36,660 nt of DNA from Bdellovibrionota bacterium FG-2 (GTDB lineage: Bacteria; Bdellovibrionota; UBA1018): NCBI GenBank assembly GCA_051382305.1, contig JBBCAV010000133.1:1-36660 (forward strand), read 5' to 3'. Made by a program: the position numbers and the translations under genes. The notes beneath the pieces are model-generated. The model was given only the letters and a program-made list of their open reading frames with translations. It was not told the origin of the DNA and searched no databases. Positions 16,469 through 26,600 of this stretch are shown here, one piece after another. Position 1 is the stretch's first letter. Each line of letters begins with the position of its first letter.

Positions 16469-17011
16469 ATGAATACAAATGAGCAAGAGAGTGATGAAAA
16501 GCTTATGAGTGCGTATCAACTGGGCGATGTTCTCGCTTTTGAAACGCTCTACAAACGGCACTCAGGCAAAATCTATGGGTATCTCCAAGCAAGGATCAGG
16601 GATCGTGGGGTAGTGGACGACCTGTTTCAGGCGACCTTTCTAAATCTCCATCGTGCACGGTCCAAGTATAATGCCGCTCTTCCATTTCTGCCTTGGCTCT
16701 TTGCGGTTTGTAGGAATGCACTTTTGGATTATACGCGCCGGAATAAGAGGTCTCTTGAACGTTCGGATTCCGATGCGGTAGATTCAGCTATTGATGAAAG
16801 GATGACTCAAATAGAATCGGGGTTACCCGAAGAAGCTGAATCGCTCCCCTTGGATCAACGCCAGGCGCTCGAAATGAGGTTTCGCGACGAACTTGCTTTT
16901 AAGGACATCGCCAAACACCTTGATACTTCGCCAGCCAATGCGCGGCAACTCGTGAGTCGTGCCGTACGAAAACTTCAATTTCTCATGAACATGAATGGGA
17001 GGGTGAAATGA
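16469..17011 (+). CDS. ECF RNA polymerase sigma factor
   Basis: Region 2 (SDEKLM...AFETLYKRH...DDLFQATFL...WLFAVCRN..LD) and region 4 (LPLDQRQAL...FKDIAKHL..SPANARQLVSRA). ATG at 16469 preferred. Confidence 0.93.
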   Translation: MNTNEQESDEKLMSAYQLGDVLAFETLYKRHSGKIYGYLQARIRDRGVVDDLFQATFLNLHRARSKYNAALPFLPWLFAVCRNALLDYTRRNKRSLERSDSDAVDSAIDERMTQIESGLPEEAESLPLDQRQALEMRFRDELAFKDIAKHLDTSPANARQLVSRAVRKLQFLMNMNGRVK

Positions 17012-17571
17012 AAAAAGAATCTTCCGTGCAATGGGCGCAGGAATTTCAGAGTTTTGTGGCAGGAGAAGAAGTTTTACCTCCAGCGAATATTTCTGAAAAT
17101 ATTTTAAGTCAAATTCATCGGGATCTCAATCCAGCTGCATGGCGTGTATTCTCGAAGCTTGCGTTTATTCATCTCATGGTCGGATCTGTGACGATTCTCT
17201 TTTGTCCTCAGTTTGGAATTAACCTAATGGGTGGCATGGGTTTGATGTCGTTGTTTATGCGATATGGCGCTCAGGTGTGCATGGTGGCTTGTGGGGCTGT
17301 GTTTATGGGCGGCAGCGCCCTGGCCGGTGCGATTTTCCTTCGACCGGAGGAGGTCAGGGTTATTCGAAGAACACGGTTTTTACAAATCTCTGCGCTTACC
17401 TTGCTTTCGATGGGGGTATTTGTGTGTGCAGGAGCGGTACTTATCTTCAGCCTAGCATCGTTTTGGCTCGTTGGATCAGTTTTGGGAGGCCTCGTGAGCC
17501 TAGAGTTCGGCTGGATTTTGCGGATGGGAGTGGGACGAACACTAGCCATGATCGGCGCGAGGGAAAGATAA
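17008..17571 (+). CDS. multi-TM membrane protein, probable anti-sigma factor
   Basis: ATGA-coupled to the ECF gene. Short soluble N-terminus followed by about four hydrophobic segments. Cys in FCPQFG and VCMVACG. Confidence 0.7.
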   Translation: MKKESSVQWAQEFQSFVAGEEVLPPANISENILSQIHRDLNPAAWRVFSKLAFIHLMVGSVTILFCPQFGINLMGGMGLMSLFMRYGAQVCMVACGAVFMGGSALAGAIFLRPEEVRVIRRTRFLQISALTLLSMGVFVCAGAVLIFSLASFWLVGSVLGGLVSLEFGWILRMGVGRTLAMIGARER

Positions 17572-17581
17572 GGAGGAAAAG

Positions 17582-18166
17582 GTGAAAGGTTGGCTGTACG
17601 ATTGGGAAATGAAGGCGTCCGAATTATTGTCCCTTCGTAGGCTTCGTCGGCGGATCATTCCGCACGCAGCGGGCAGAACCCTGGAAATTGCTTTGGGAAC
17701 TGGCGCGAACATACCTTATTATCGTAATCAAACCGCTCTAACAGGGTTGGAACCGGACCCACAAATGTCCTTACGGGCTCAAGGGCGATTACTAGAGATG
17801 GGGCGTGAGGCGAAGCTTGTTAAGGGCATCGCAGAGCATATGCCATTTGAGAATCAGGCTTTTGACACCGTTGTCGCAACATTCGCCTTTTGTACGATAT
17901 CGAATCCTCAAGCTGCTGCCTTCGAAATTTGTCGTGTCCTTAAGCAGGGCGGATTGCTAATTCTTGCAGAGCACGGACCAAAGGGGCAAGTCTCTTCAGC
18001 TATTTTCAGTCTTCTTGCACCGATGTGGAAAAAAATTGCCGGAGGCTGTCACCTGGATAGGCGTCTGAGTGAGTGGTTCAACTTTTCCGCTTATGCTGAA
18101 CTCATGCATGGCACCTTTTGGTTTGGGTTTGGAGAGTATTGGATTTTGAGGAAACGCGAAGGGTGA
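17582..18166 (+). CDS. class I SAM-dependent methyltransferase
   Basis: LEIALGTGAN motif I, AEHMPFENQAFDTVV, GGCHLDR. Confidence 0.9.
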   Translation: MKGWLYDWEMKASELLSLRRLRRRIIPHAAGRTLEIALGTGANIPYYRNQTALTGLEPDPQMSLRAQGRLLEMGREAKLVKGIAEHMPFENQAFDTVVATFAFCTISNPQAAAFEICRVLKQGGLLILAEHGPKGQVSSAIFSLLAPMWKKIAGGCHLDRRLSEWFNFSAYAELMHGTFWFGFGEYWILRKREG

Positions 18167-18665
18167 AAGAAAAATATATGCTACTATTTATCCGGTTGGT
18201 TACTGTTTGTCTAATAATGAGTGCTGATGTCGATTGGAACTGATTGGGATGCTAGCACTCCTCCGCGATGAGAAGAAGCAGCAGGGCATTTCCCTACTCA
18301 CAATCCTCGGGATCCCAACGGGGGCAGTTCCCGCCGGACACCATGGTTTGGGTTATCTGTTAGGCATTACTGGACGGATGGTTCACAGAAATATCTTCAC
18401 ATGGGATGGTATTTTACATTATGATTTTAATGCAAAACATCTTCTTCCCGAAAGCGGATTTGTGATCAAGACCTGGGAGTCTCTTTTTGCCACGCTGGAT
18501 TTGCGAGCAACTCTAAAGAGCAAATCAGCTGCGGCAATTCTGCCCGGAGTTAAGTACGCTGCAACCCCTTCATTATTCGTCGGCGTTGGTTATCAGGAAT
18601 CTTTCGGCGCAGCCTCGACGTTTGACCGTCAGTTCTATTTACAGGTCGAGTTTGGTCGTCACTGA
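18163..18665 (+). pseudogene. probable disrupted outer-membrane beta-barrel gene
   Basis: A GTGA-coupled signal-peptide-like frame (18163-18243) stops early. A different frame (18234-18665) encodes beta-strand-like text ending FYLQVEFGRH, without its own signal peptide. Confidence 0.45.
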
Positions 18666-18696
18666 CGGACACAGCCTTGGCAAAAAGATTGAGATT

Positions 18697-18724
18697 TGTC
18701 ACAAACTGACTCCGAGATTCGTAT
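18697..18724 (+). promoter_or_regulatory. ECF-type promoter
   Basis: TGTCACA-AACTGACTCCGAGATT-CGTAT (16-nt spacer). Confidence 0.8.
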
Positions 18725-18748
18725 CCTTTGAAAAAGGAGATTCTTTAT

Positions 18749-19294
18749 ATGAATAAGCTAAGTCTTTACTGTAAATGGACGACTACCCTGGGATTGATTG
18801 CTAGCACGTTGGCCTGTCCTGTTTTTGCTGAACAAATCGCTAGTTCTTTTGGAAAAAACATGAACCCTATCGTGGAAAAATACCTTCAAATACAAAGCGC
18901 ACTCGCTGCTGATTCCATGATCGGAATTGCGGACTTGGCCCGCGACATTGCCAAATTAGCGGAGAAGTTAGACAGTTCCACTCTGAAGGATGCGGATGCC
19001 GCACACTTCAAACCACTTCCCGGCGCTATAAAGGAAGCTGCAGAAAAACTGGCGCTTACAAAAAACTTGGAATCGGCCCGAAAAGAATTCAAACAACTCT
19101 CGAACTCAATGACGCTTTGGGGGAGGATTCAGAAACCGGTCGGTATCCAGGTGGTCTCATGCTCCATGGCTCAAGCAAGCTGGCTTCAAAAGGTCGGTGA
19201 AATTCGGAATCCGTATTACGGCAAAAGCATGCTCGGCTGTGGGGAGGTCGAAGGGAAGGCTGATGCTTGCTGCCAAGGCAAACATGGGCATTAA
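18749..19294 (+). CDS. DUF3347-like periplasmic metal-associated protein
   Basis: YLQIQSALAAD and CSMA..SWLQ....IRNPYYG.SML.CG. Signal peptide. RBS AAGGAG before ATG 18749. Confidence 0.8.
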   Translation: MNKLSLYCKWTTTLGLIASTLACPVFAEQIASSFGKNMNPIVEKYLQIQSALAADSMIGIADLARDIAKLAEKLDSSTLKDADAAHFKPLPGAIKEAAEKLALTKNLESARKEFKQLSNSMTLWGRIQKPVGIQVVSCSMAQASWLQKVGEIRNPYYGKSMLGCGEVEGKADACCQGKHGH

Positions 19295-19337
19295 AGTACG
19301 AACTTAGTCTTCGGACACACCGATCCTTGCGCTGATA

Positions 19338-19691
19338 CTATTCCTTTTCGACGATCATCATTTCTTTAAATAAAACCCCAGGGTCAACCTTGGCAACAGA
19401 GTAGTCCTCATTCAAGGAACGTAGAATCGTCGCCTCGCCTATACGCACTTTTGAGCAGAGGGGATCCGTTTTCACGCCGGACCACACCGCAGGAGGTCGC
19501 TGACACTCGTTTTTGAGAATCGTCACTCGGTCCCCCACTTTGACTTCATTGGAGCCAAGCCCGATATGAGCTTCTGTGTCACTGATTTTCATTGCGACCG
19601 TCCCACGCCTGGTGTGAGCGCATCCAGTCACGATGATAAGACAAAGTCCGAGAGTCCAAACAAAAAGATTCATGAGTATTACAGGCCGCAA
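19338..19691 (-). CDS. small putative lipoprotein (paralog of 29536-29871)
   Basis: Lipobox-like VTGC, then RGTVAMKISDTEAHIGLGSNEVKVGDRV. Start uncertain. Confidence 0.75.
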   Translation of the reverse strand: MRPVILMNLFVWTLGLCLIIVTGCAHTRRGTVAMKISDTEAHIGLGSNEVKVGDRVTILKNECQRPPAVWSGVKTDPLCSKVRIGEATILRSLNEDYSVAKVDPGVLFKEMMIVEKE

Positions 19692-19803
19692 GTGATGTTC
19701 CAGTTCGGTTCGGGGCGAGGTAACTCATTAATGCCTTTAAAAATGTAAATTATATGGGCAGACTCCGTTAGTAACTTCAACCCACGTATTTTTGGAGACC
19801 CAT

Positions 19804-20142
19804 ATGAAGCACTTCCTCTTTCTGATTCTTATTTGTTTATTATCTACTACCGCCACGTTGGCGTTAGCTGATAATCCTTGTGCGGCTGGCAAGGACGAGT
19901 TTATGGGTGAAGCGGTTAAGGCTTTTCAAAGCTCCGGGCATCAAGTTATAGATAAAAATGTGTCGTCGACTCCCTTTAACGACTTAGCTAATAATGAAAT
20001 GATATTGGTTGAGGGATACCTTTTTAAAGATCAAAAAATCGTATTTCTTAGTTCGGTCGGCGTATGCAATTCTTCGAATGGAAAATATAAAATGCTGATG
20101 ACAAGCTCCAGGACCAAGAAAAATCAGTGCGCTCTGAATTGA
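19804..20142 (+). CDS. secreted hypothetical protein
   Basis: GGAG RBS, signal peptide ending ALA/DN, Cys residues. Confidence 0.65.
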   Translation: MKHFLFLILICLLSTTATLALADNPCAAGKDEFMGEAVKAFQSSGHQVIDKNVSSTPFNDLANNEMILVEGYLFKDQKIVFLSSVGVCNSSNGKYKMLMTSSRTKKNQCALN

Positions 20143-20155
20143 AAACGCGCTAGTT

Positions 20156-20398
20156 CTAGTGATTATGAGCTGGTTTCACAGATGAAACTGCTTCAGCATC
20201 AGGAGTCGCACCTCTTTTACTGCTAGAGTCATCAGCAGTACCGGACCTTACCTGCTTTTGCTGAGGAGCTTGCTCGTCAGCTGGCAAATCGCCCTTATCA
20301 ACGGCATCGTTAGTTCCCCGGCAATCTGCCATCGCAGAGCCCGTCATAAACGCTGATAAAATCAAACCACTGAAAAACATTTTCTTGAAGGTAATCAT
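20156..20398 (-). CDS. small secreted low-complexity protein (80 aa)
   Basis: RBS AAGAGGGA, signal peptide ending AMA/DC, polar mature region ending HNH. Confidence 0.7.
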   Translation of the reverse strand: MITFKKMFFSGLILSAFMTGSAMADCRGTNDAVDKGDLPADEQAPQQKQVRSGTADDSSSKRGATPDAEAVSSVKPAHNH

Positions 20399-20425
20399 AG
20401 TCTCATCCCTCTTACCCCTATTTAG

Positions 20426-20442
20426 AGCAAGCATAGTGCCAA
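20426..20442 (-). promoter_or_regulatory. sigma54 (-24/-12) promoter
   Basis: Minus strand TTGGCACTATGCTTGCT, a near-perfect TGGCAC-N5-TTGC match, 28 nt upstream of ATG 20398. Confidence 0.8.
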
Positions 20443-20470
20443 AGCGCATCTGGTGATTTTCTCGTATTTA

Positions 20471-20974
20471 TTAAGACCCAATCCTGAGGGTATCGCTGAG
20501 CGTGAGTCCCATCACTGGTGAACTGTGTGGGTGTTGTGCATCGAGAAAGGGTTGGCCATTAGATTGAGTTTCTCCAATTTGAAGAAGTTCGGGATAACCG
20601 CCTTCGGGAAACGTCCATTTCTCAATTGTCCCCATGAAATCCAAATTCAGATAGTGGCGATCGCCAAGCGTGCTTCCAATATCGGCCATGAACATGTTCG
20701 ACGAAAAAGCGGCATTTCGTCCGCGAGCCCCCTGGGCAGAGACGTAGCCGCCGAACGCATTACCATGGATCATGAGCATTCTCATAGGCATTCCAGCCAT
20801 CGGAAAAGGCATACACATGCTCATGCCGACATCGAAGACTTCCATCTCCGAACATTCTGAAGATTCCATCGTGTGCGTTTCGTACTCCTGAGTTGCAAGC
20901 GCAATACGGAGGAATAAAAACATAGAAAACGCAATGTGCAAACTTACTAGGCCCGGATCTATTCTCATAGCCAT
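20471..20974 (-). pseudogene. Met-rich exported protein, probably a 3'-truncated outer-membrane metal-associated gene
   Basis: Signal peptide, Met/Cys-rich N-terminus, LMIHGNAF...GYPELLQIGE...DAQHPH pattern, which I recall from longer outer-membrane proteins. Ends abruptly at 167 aa. Confidence 0.5.
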
Positions 20975-21082
20975 GTCGCTCCGCTGCGATGCAAAGGCTG
21001 TGCTCTGTTTTCAGCGCGGCATCCAACCTTAAATTACATCGAACAACTTCTGGGGTACATTTCTTGCGACATTTGAAGCTGC

Positions 21083-22480
21083 ATGCTCAAACGCTTTTTG
21101 TTAGTATTATGTGCCTTCGCTCTACTCCGTCCCGGAGTCAGCGTCGCTGAATCGTTGACTCTAACTGAGTTCTTGTCCCAGGTAAAGCAAGCCAACCCTA
21201 CTCTCGATGCAGCGCGCGCACGTGCAGAGGCATTGGGGCATCGAGTTGGACCGGTCAGTTCGCTTGATGATCCCTTTGTCGCGGTAGGTATTGACGAAGT
21301 GCCGTTCAGCGGCGGCGGTAGTTCCGTAATTCGTTACCAACTAAGTCAGAGCATTCCATTTCCATGGAAAATTTCCGCTAAAGGTGATGCTGCACAGGGG
21401 CGCGCAAACGCAGCGCTCGCTGATTCTGAAACCACGGCTCGAAGCTTAATCGTTATTGCGACTCAAGCGTATTACCGTACTCATTTCAATCATAAGGCTC
21501 TTATTCTAAATGAAGAGAGTCGTCGGTATATCCAGAACACCATCGAAAGCACAAAAGCACGCTATCAATCAGGAGACGCCAGTCACCATGAGTGGCTTTT
21601 AGGTAAGATCGAACTTGGAGTACTTGAAGCCGAGAAGCTTCGCCTTGGGCGTGAGCAAAAGGCTCTGCATGCACTTCTAAACGAACTGAGAAACCAATTG
21701 CCAGAAGTCGAAATCACACTGGGTGAAATCTCATTCAATGGCCCCAAGGATATCGAAGCCAATCCCAAGAAACTTCTAGCAAATCAGCCCGAACTCAAAG
21801 CAGCCGAGAGCGCCTCGGACTCCGCTGAAGCAGATGAAAGAGCAGCAAAGTTTTCCTATGCTCCCGATTTCGTAATTCAAGGGATGGCCATGCAACCGCG
21901 TTCCATGGATATGGGACAGTCTGCGAATTGGGGTGTAATGGTGGGCATCAATCTTCCGATCTTCTTTTGGCGCAAACAGGCTGAGCTAGTAAGGGCTGCG
22001 CAAGCTGATCGCCAGGGGGCAGCGGCTGAAAGAAAGAGTCTTGAAAACCGGCTCAATACGGAAATCATAGATGCGAAAGAGGAACTGAAGACGGCGCGCG
22101 GCATAGTTTCCCTTTATAAGAAGGACGTAATCCCCATGACTGCGATCGCGACGGAAAACGCGCGAAGCGGCTACGCCGCGAAAAGGCTCCCCCTAACTCA
22201 ATTAATCGACACACTCAAAGTAGAACGAGTTCAGCACCTTGAACTTATGGCGGCCCAGATCGACGTCGAAATAGCCAAAACCCGACTTGAGAATCTTCTC
22301 TCTTCACCGCCCTTAATGAAGCTTGCACCGTCAAGGCCCACGGTCTTTGGGGGAAGTAGCATGGGCTCTGAAACATCCGGAACAGTAAAGATGGGATCTG
22401 GGATGAGTGGTCCTACCCGGCGTGAATCAAAATCGGATTCGCAAGGTCCGAGTTCATCAGGAATGGGGAGCATGCAATGA
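21083..22480 (+). CDS. TolC-family outer membrane factor (CusC-like) with Met/Ser/Gly-rich tail
   Basis: Signal peptide, SQSIPFPWK motif. First gene of the second C-B-A operon. Confidence 0.9.
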   Translation: MLKRFLLVLCAFALLRPGVSVAESLTLTEFLSQVKQANPTLDAARARAEALGHRVGPVSSLDDPFVAVGIDEVPFSGGGSSVIRYQLSQSIPFPWKISAKGDAAQGRANAALADSETTARSLIVIATQAYYRTHFNHKALILNEESRRYIQNTIESTKARYQSGDASHHEWLLGKIELGVLEAEKLRLGREQKALHALLNELRNQLPEVEITLGEISFNGPKDIEANPKKLLANQPELKAAESASDSAEADERAAKFSYAPDFVIQGMAMQPRSMDMGQSANWGVMVGINLPIFFWRKQAELVRAAQADRQGAAAERKSLENRLNTEIIDAKEELKTARGIVSLYKKDVIPMTAIATENARSGYAAKRLPLTQLIDTLKVERVQHLELMAAQIDVEIAKTRLENLLSSPPLMKLAPSRPTVFGGSSMGSETSGTVKMGSGMSGPTRRESKSDSQGPSSSGMGSMQ

Positions 22481-23619
22481 ATCAACTCTGGTGGACTTCT
22501 CTGATTTTGATAGGGGTTTTAAACCTACGGACAATTGCATTTGCCGAGGATCATTCTGCGCATGTCGGTGGATCGCCGCCGTCTACAAAGAATGAAGTAA
22601 AGGAAGATCCGCGAACACCGATTGATGTTCCAGCTGAACAACAGAGCCGAATGGGGATCAAATTGGCCGCGGCTGAGAAAAAGCCCATTAAACAGACCAT
22701 CCGTACCGTTGGCAACGTGACCGCCGACCAGACCAAGGAGGCCCATGTCCATACGAGGATCAACGGATGGGTTGATCAGATTTACGCCGATTACGTCGGA
22801 AAGCCCGTTAAGAAGGGCCAGCCACTTTTTGAACTTTACAGTCCAGACCTTGTATCCACACAGGAAGAGTATCTTGTAGCCAGAAAACAAGGGGGAGCGG
22901 GAAGAGAAATCGCAAAAGCCGCACTTGAGCGATTGAAACTTTGGGACGTTCCTCAATCTGAAGTTGATCGGCTGGTAAAGAGTGGGAAATCTAAACGCTC
23001 TGTGACTTTCACCTCTTCCGTTGGGGGGTACATTATAAGTAAGAATGCGATCCGGGGAATGTACATCACTCCTGAGATGGAACTCTATCATATCGCCGAT
23101 CTTGCAGAAGTGTGGGTTATCGCTACTCTCTATGAGTACGACATTTCTACAATCGCCGTTGGTGATGAGGCCAATGTTCAACTTTCTTACGATTCCGCAA
23201 AAACTTTTTCCGGCAAGATCAACTATATTTATCCCGAAGTCGACGTTGAAACTCGAACCGCAAAGGCCAGAATCGTAATTCCAAATCCAAAGCAAATTCT
23301 CAAACCGGGGATGTTCACAAATGTTGAAATCAAAAAGGATCTCGGAGAGGCGGTCGTCGTTCCAGACGATTCTGTGATTGACACAGGCACTCGAAAAGTT
23401 GTCTTCGTAAAATCTGGCCCCACGCGATTTGAGCCAAGAGAAGTCAAGGTGGGTCCAAGGACGGACGGCAGTTTTGCGGTCCTCTCAGGTTTGAATACTG
23501 GCGAACAAGTCGTCACCAGTGCCCATTTCCTGATTGACTCCGAAAGCAAATTTCAAGCGGCCCTTCAAAAGGGCGAGAGCATGGGCGGTGGTCATGGGGG
23601 CCACACAGGAAAGTCATGA
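22477..23619 (+). CDS. cusB: CusB-like membrane fusion protein
   Basis: GWVDQIYAD..G.PVKKGQPLFELYSPDLVSTQEEYL, SAHFLIDSES, His-rich tail. Confidence 0.9.
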   Translation: MNQLWWTSLILIGVLNLRTIAFAEDHSAHVGGSPPSTKNEVKEDPRTPIDVPAEQQSRMGIKLAAAEKKPIKQTIRTVGNVTADQTKEAHVHTRINGWVDQIYADYVGKPVKKGQPLFELYSPDLVSTQEEYLVARKQGGAGREIAKAALERLKLWDVPQSEVDRLVKSGKSKRSVTFTSSVGGYIISKNAIRGMYITPEMELYHIADLAEVWVIATLYEYDISTIAVGDEANVQLSYDSAKTFSGKINYIYPEVDVETRTAKARIVIPNPKQILKPGMFTNVEIKKDLGEAVVVPDDSVIDTGTRKVVFVKSGPTRFEPREVKVGPRTDGSFAVLSGLNTGEQVVTSAHFLIDSESKFQAALQKGESMGGGHGGHTGKS

Positions 23620-23622
23620 ACC

Positions 23623-26600
23623 ATGATTGATAGAATCATCGCATGGTGCGGAAAAAACGCGAAGATCACGCTTGCGATCGCAGCCGCGTTTGCGATCTGG
23701 GGGGCTTATTGCCTAAAGAACATCAAAATTGACGCCATTCCAGACCTTTCTGAAACGCAAGTAATTCTCTTCACTGAGTGGATGGGGCGAAGTCCTGACC
23801 TTATTGAAAACCAAATTACTTATCCCTTGGTCACCTCCATGGTTTCAGCACCGAACGTGTCCGTTGTGCGCGGCCAATCCATGTTTGGCATGTCGTTTGT
23901 CTATGTCATTTTCAAAGATGGAACTGACCTCTACTGGGCTAGGTCTCGTGTTTTGGAATACCTTTCCAAACTTTCGGGTCAGCTTCCACCAGGGGTAACA
24001 CCCAGTATTGGCCCTGACGCAAGTGGGGTGGGTTGGGTGTTTCAGTATGCGCTCACTGATTCTAACGGGCCCACCGAAAAGCACGACCTTGCCGAGATTA
24101 AGACCTTTCAGGAATGGTATCTGCGTTACTGGCTGGCCTCAGTGCCTGGGGTGGCCGAAGTCGCTAGTATTGGTGGATTTCAAAAACAGTATCAAGTCGA
24201 AGTCGACCCCAATAAGCTTGTCGCCCTTAAGATTCCACTCGACCGTATTGTGGGTGCGATTAGAAATAGCAATAAGGATGTAGGAGGGAGAACGCTCGAA
24301 GTCAGCGAACGCGAGTATTACGTTCGAGGACTCGGTTATATTAAGGACCCCAAAGAGATTGAAAACATCGCGCTGGGCATCGGCCCTAACAATGTGCCGA
24401 TTCGAATCTCCGATGTCGGTCGCGTAAGCCTTGGACCGAACATTCGGCGTGGTCTTTCGGATCTTGATGGGCGTGGCGATACGGTCGGCGGACTTGTGGT
24501 CATGCGCCAGGGCGAAGATGTTTCTCGTGTTTTGGAGGCCATAAAAAAGAAGATTGAAGAGGTCAAACCAGCTTTTCCGAAAGGCCTCGAACTCAAAATC
24601 ATCTACGACCGATCAGCGCTGATCAAAGAAGCGATTTCCACTCTCCGTGAGAACATTATTGAGGAAATTATCACGGTTTGTGTCGTGATTTTGGTCTTCC
24701 TTTTTCATTTCCGCAGCACTCTAGTTGTAGCAATCGCTCTTCCCCTCTCCGTTTTAGTCTCGATTATCCCCCTCTATTACCTAGGAATCACGCTCAATAT
24801 CATGTCCATGGGCGGGATTATTCTTGCGATCGGCGATGTGGTCGATGGGGTTGTTGTATTTATCGAAAACGCACATAAAAAGATTGCTGCCGGAGCTCTC
24901 CAGACTCAAAGCTATCAAGAAATCGCAATTGAAGCCTGCCGCGAACTAGGTCCTTCAATTTTTAGCTCGCTTTTGATCATTGCCGTTTCATTCCTCCCGA
25001 TTTTTGCGCTCCAAGCTCAAGAAGGAAAACTGTTTCATCCTTTAGCCTATACCAAGACATTTGCAATGCTCGTCTCGGCCGTCATTACTCTTACGGTTAC
25101 TCCGCCGCTCATTGCGCTCTTTGTCCGCGGCCGGATTCGCTCAGAAGAAGAAAATCCCGTCAATCGTATTTGCCAAAATGCCTATCGTCCCCTTTTAAAA
25201 TCCTTTCTTGAGCACCCGAAAACAGTGCTCCTTTCCATGGCTGCTTTGGTCGGGATATCGGCCTTCGGATTTACCCGACTTGGCTCTGAGTTTATGCCTC
25301 CCCTTTGGGAGGGGGACCTTCTTTACATGCCCATCACAGTACCTGGAATCTCCGTGACCGCTGCCGCGGATCTTTTGAACCGTCAGAGCGCCGCAATTAA
25401 GGCTGTTCCTGAGGTGGAGACCGTTTTTGGAAAAGCCGGACGCTATGATACGCCAACCGATCCCGCTCCTCTTTCGATGCTTGAATTCACGGTGCATCTT
25501 AAACCCTCCAATCAGTGGCGCAAAGGGATGAGCGAAGAAGGCGTGATCGCAGCATTGGATCAAGCTGTCGCGATTCCGGGCCTAAACCGCGCTTGGACAA
25601 AACCTATCCGTGGGCGAATTGATATGTTGAGTACGGGCATTCGCACCCCCGTGGGAGTGAAGATCTACGGTAAGGATCTTAGCGTGATCGAAGACATCGG
25701 AAAACAGCTTGAAGGCGCCCTTAATAAAGTAAGAGGAACCCGAAGCGTTTACGCCGAGCGAATTCAAGGCGGCTACTATATCGACTTTGAACCCGATCGT
25801 CAGAGTCTAAGTCGATATGGCTTAAACGTAGGGGATGCCCAAATGGTCGTCGAAACGGCAATCGGCGGAATGGATATCTCACAGACCATCGAGGGCCGCG
25901 AACGATACACGGTCAATGTTAGATACCCGCGCGAACTTCGGGATAGTGTTGAGAAGCTGAGTCGCATCCTCGTCTCGACCCCCACCGGAACACAGGTTCC
26001 CCTGGGAGAACTGGGGCATCTCACGATGCGATCGGGTCCTCCCATGATCCTCGATGAAAACGGTTCGCTTTCAGGTTACGTCTACATCGATCTTAAAGAC
26101 CGTGATCCAGGCGGCTATGTTAATGATGCGAAAAAGGCGGTCGCGGCAAACATTCAGCTTCCCCCAGGATATTTCCTTAAATGGACTGGCCAGTACGAAT
26201 ACCTGGAGCGAATGCAGGCAAGAATGAAGATTGTGCTCCCGCTTACCTTGATCTTGATTTTTATTTTTCTTTACATGGGAATGCGAAGTATCAGCCGCGT
26301 CGTTATGGTGCTGGCTTCTGTGCCACTCTCGCTTACAGGAGGCATCCTTCTCATGTGGGTATTGGGCTACAACACGAGTGTAGCAGTTTGGGCCGGTGCC
26401 ATCGCATTGATTGGGGTCGCAGTTGAGACGACCTCCATATTGATTGTATTTTTGGACCAAGCTTGGAAGAAAAAAGGGGAATCTAACCAACTTAATACCG
26501 AAGCGGACTTTTTGGAGGCTACTTTGGATGGCGCCCAAAAAAGCCTTCGTCCTGTATTGATGGCTGTTCTCATGAACGTCTTCGGCCTCATCCCTGTAAT

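Noticed and set aside
19763-19790. CGTATT upstream of the 19804 gene as a sixth ECF promoter
   Set aside because: No GTCACA at the 16-nt spacing.
21053-21068. GG-N10-GC motif (GGGTACATTTCTTGCG) before the second cusCBA operon
   Set aside because: Weaker -24 box, and the implied TSS would be only ~4 nt before the ATG. Cannot be supported.
22525-23295. 256-aa minus-strand ORF and other long antisense ORFs inside the cus, kinase and ATPase genes
   Set aside because: Antisense to well-supported conserved genes, with no motifs of their own.
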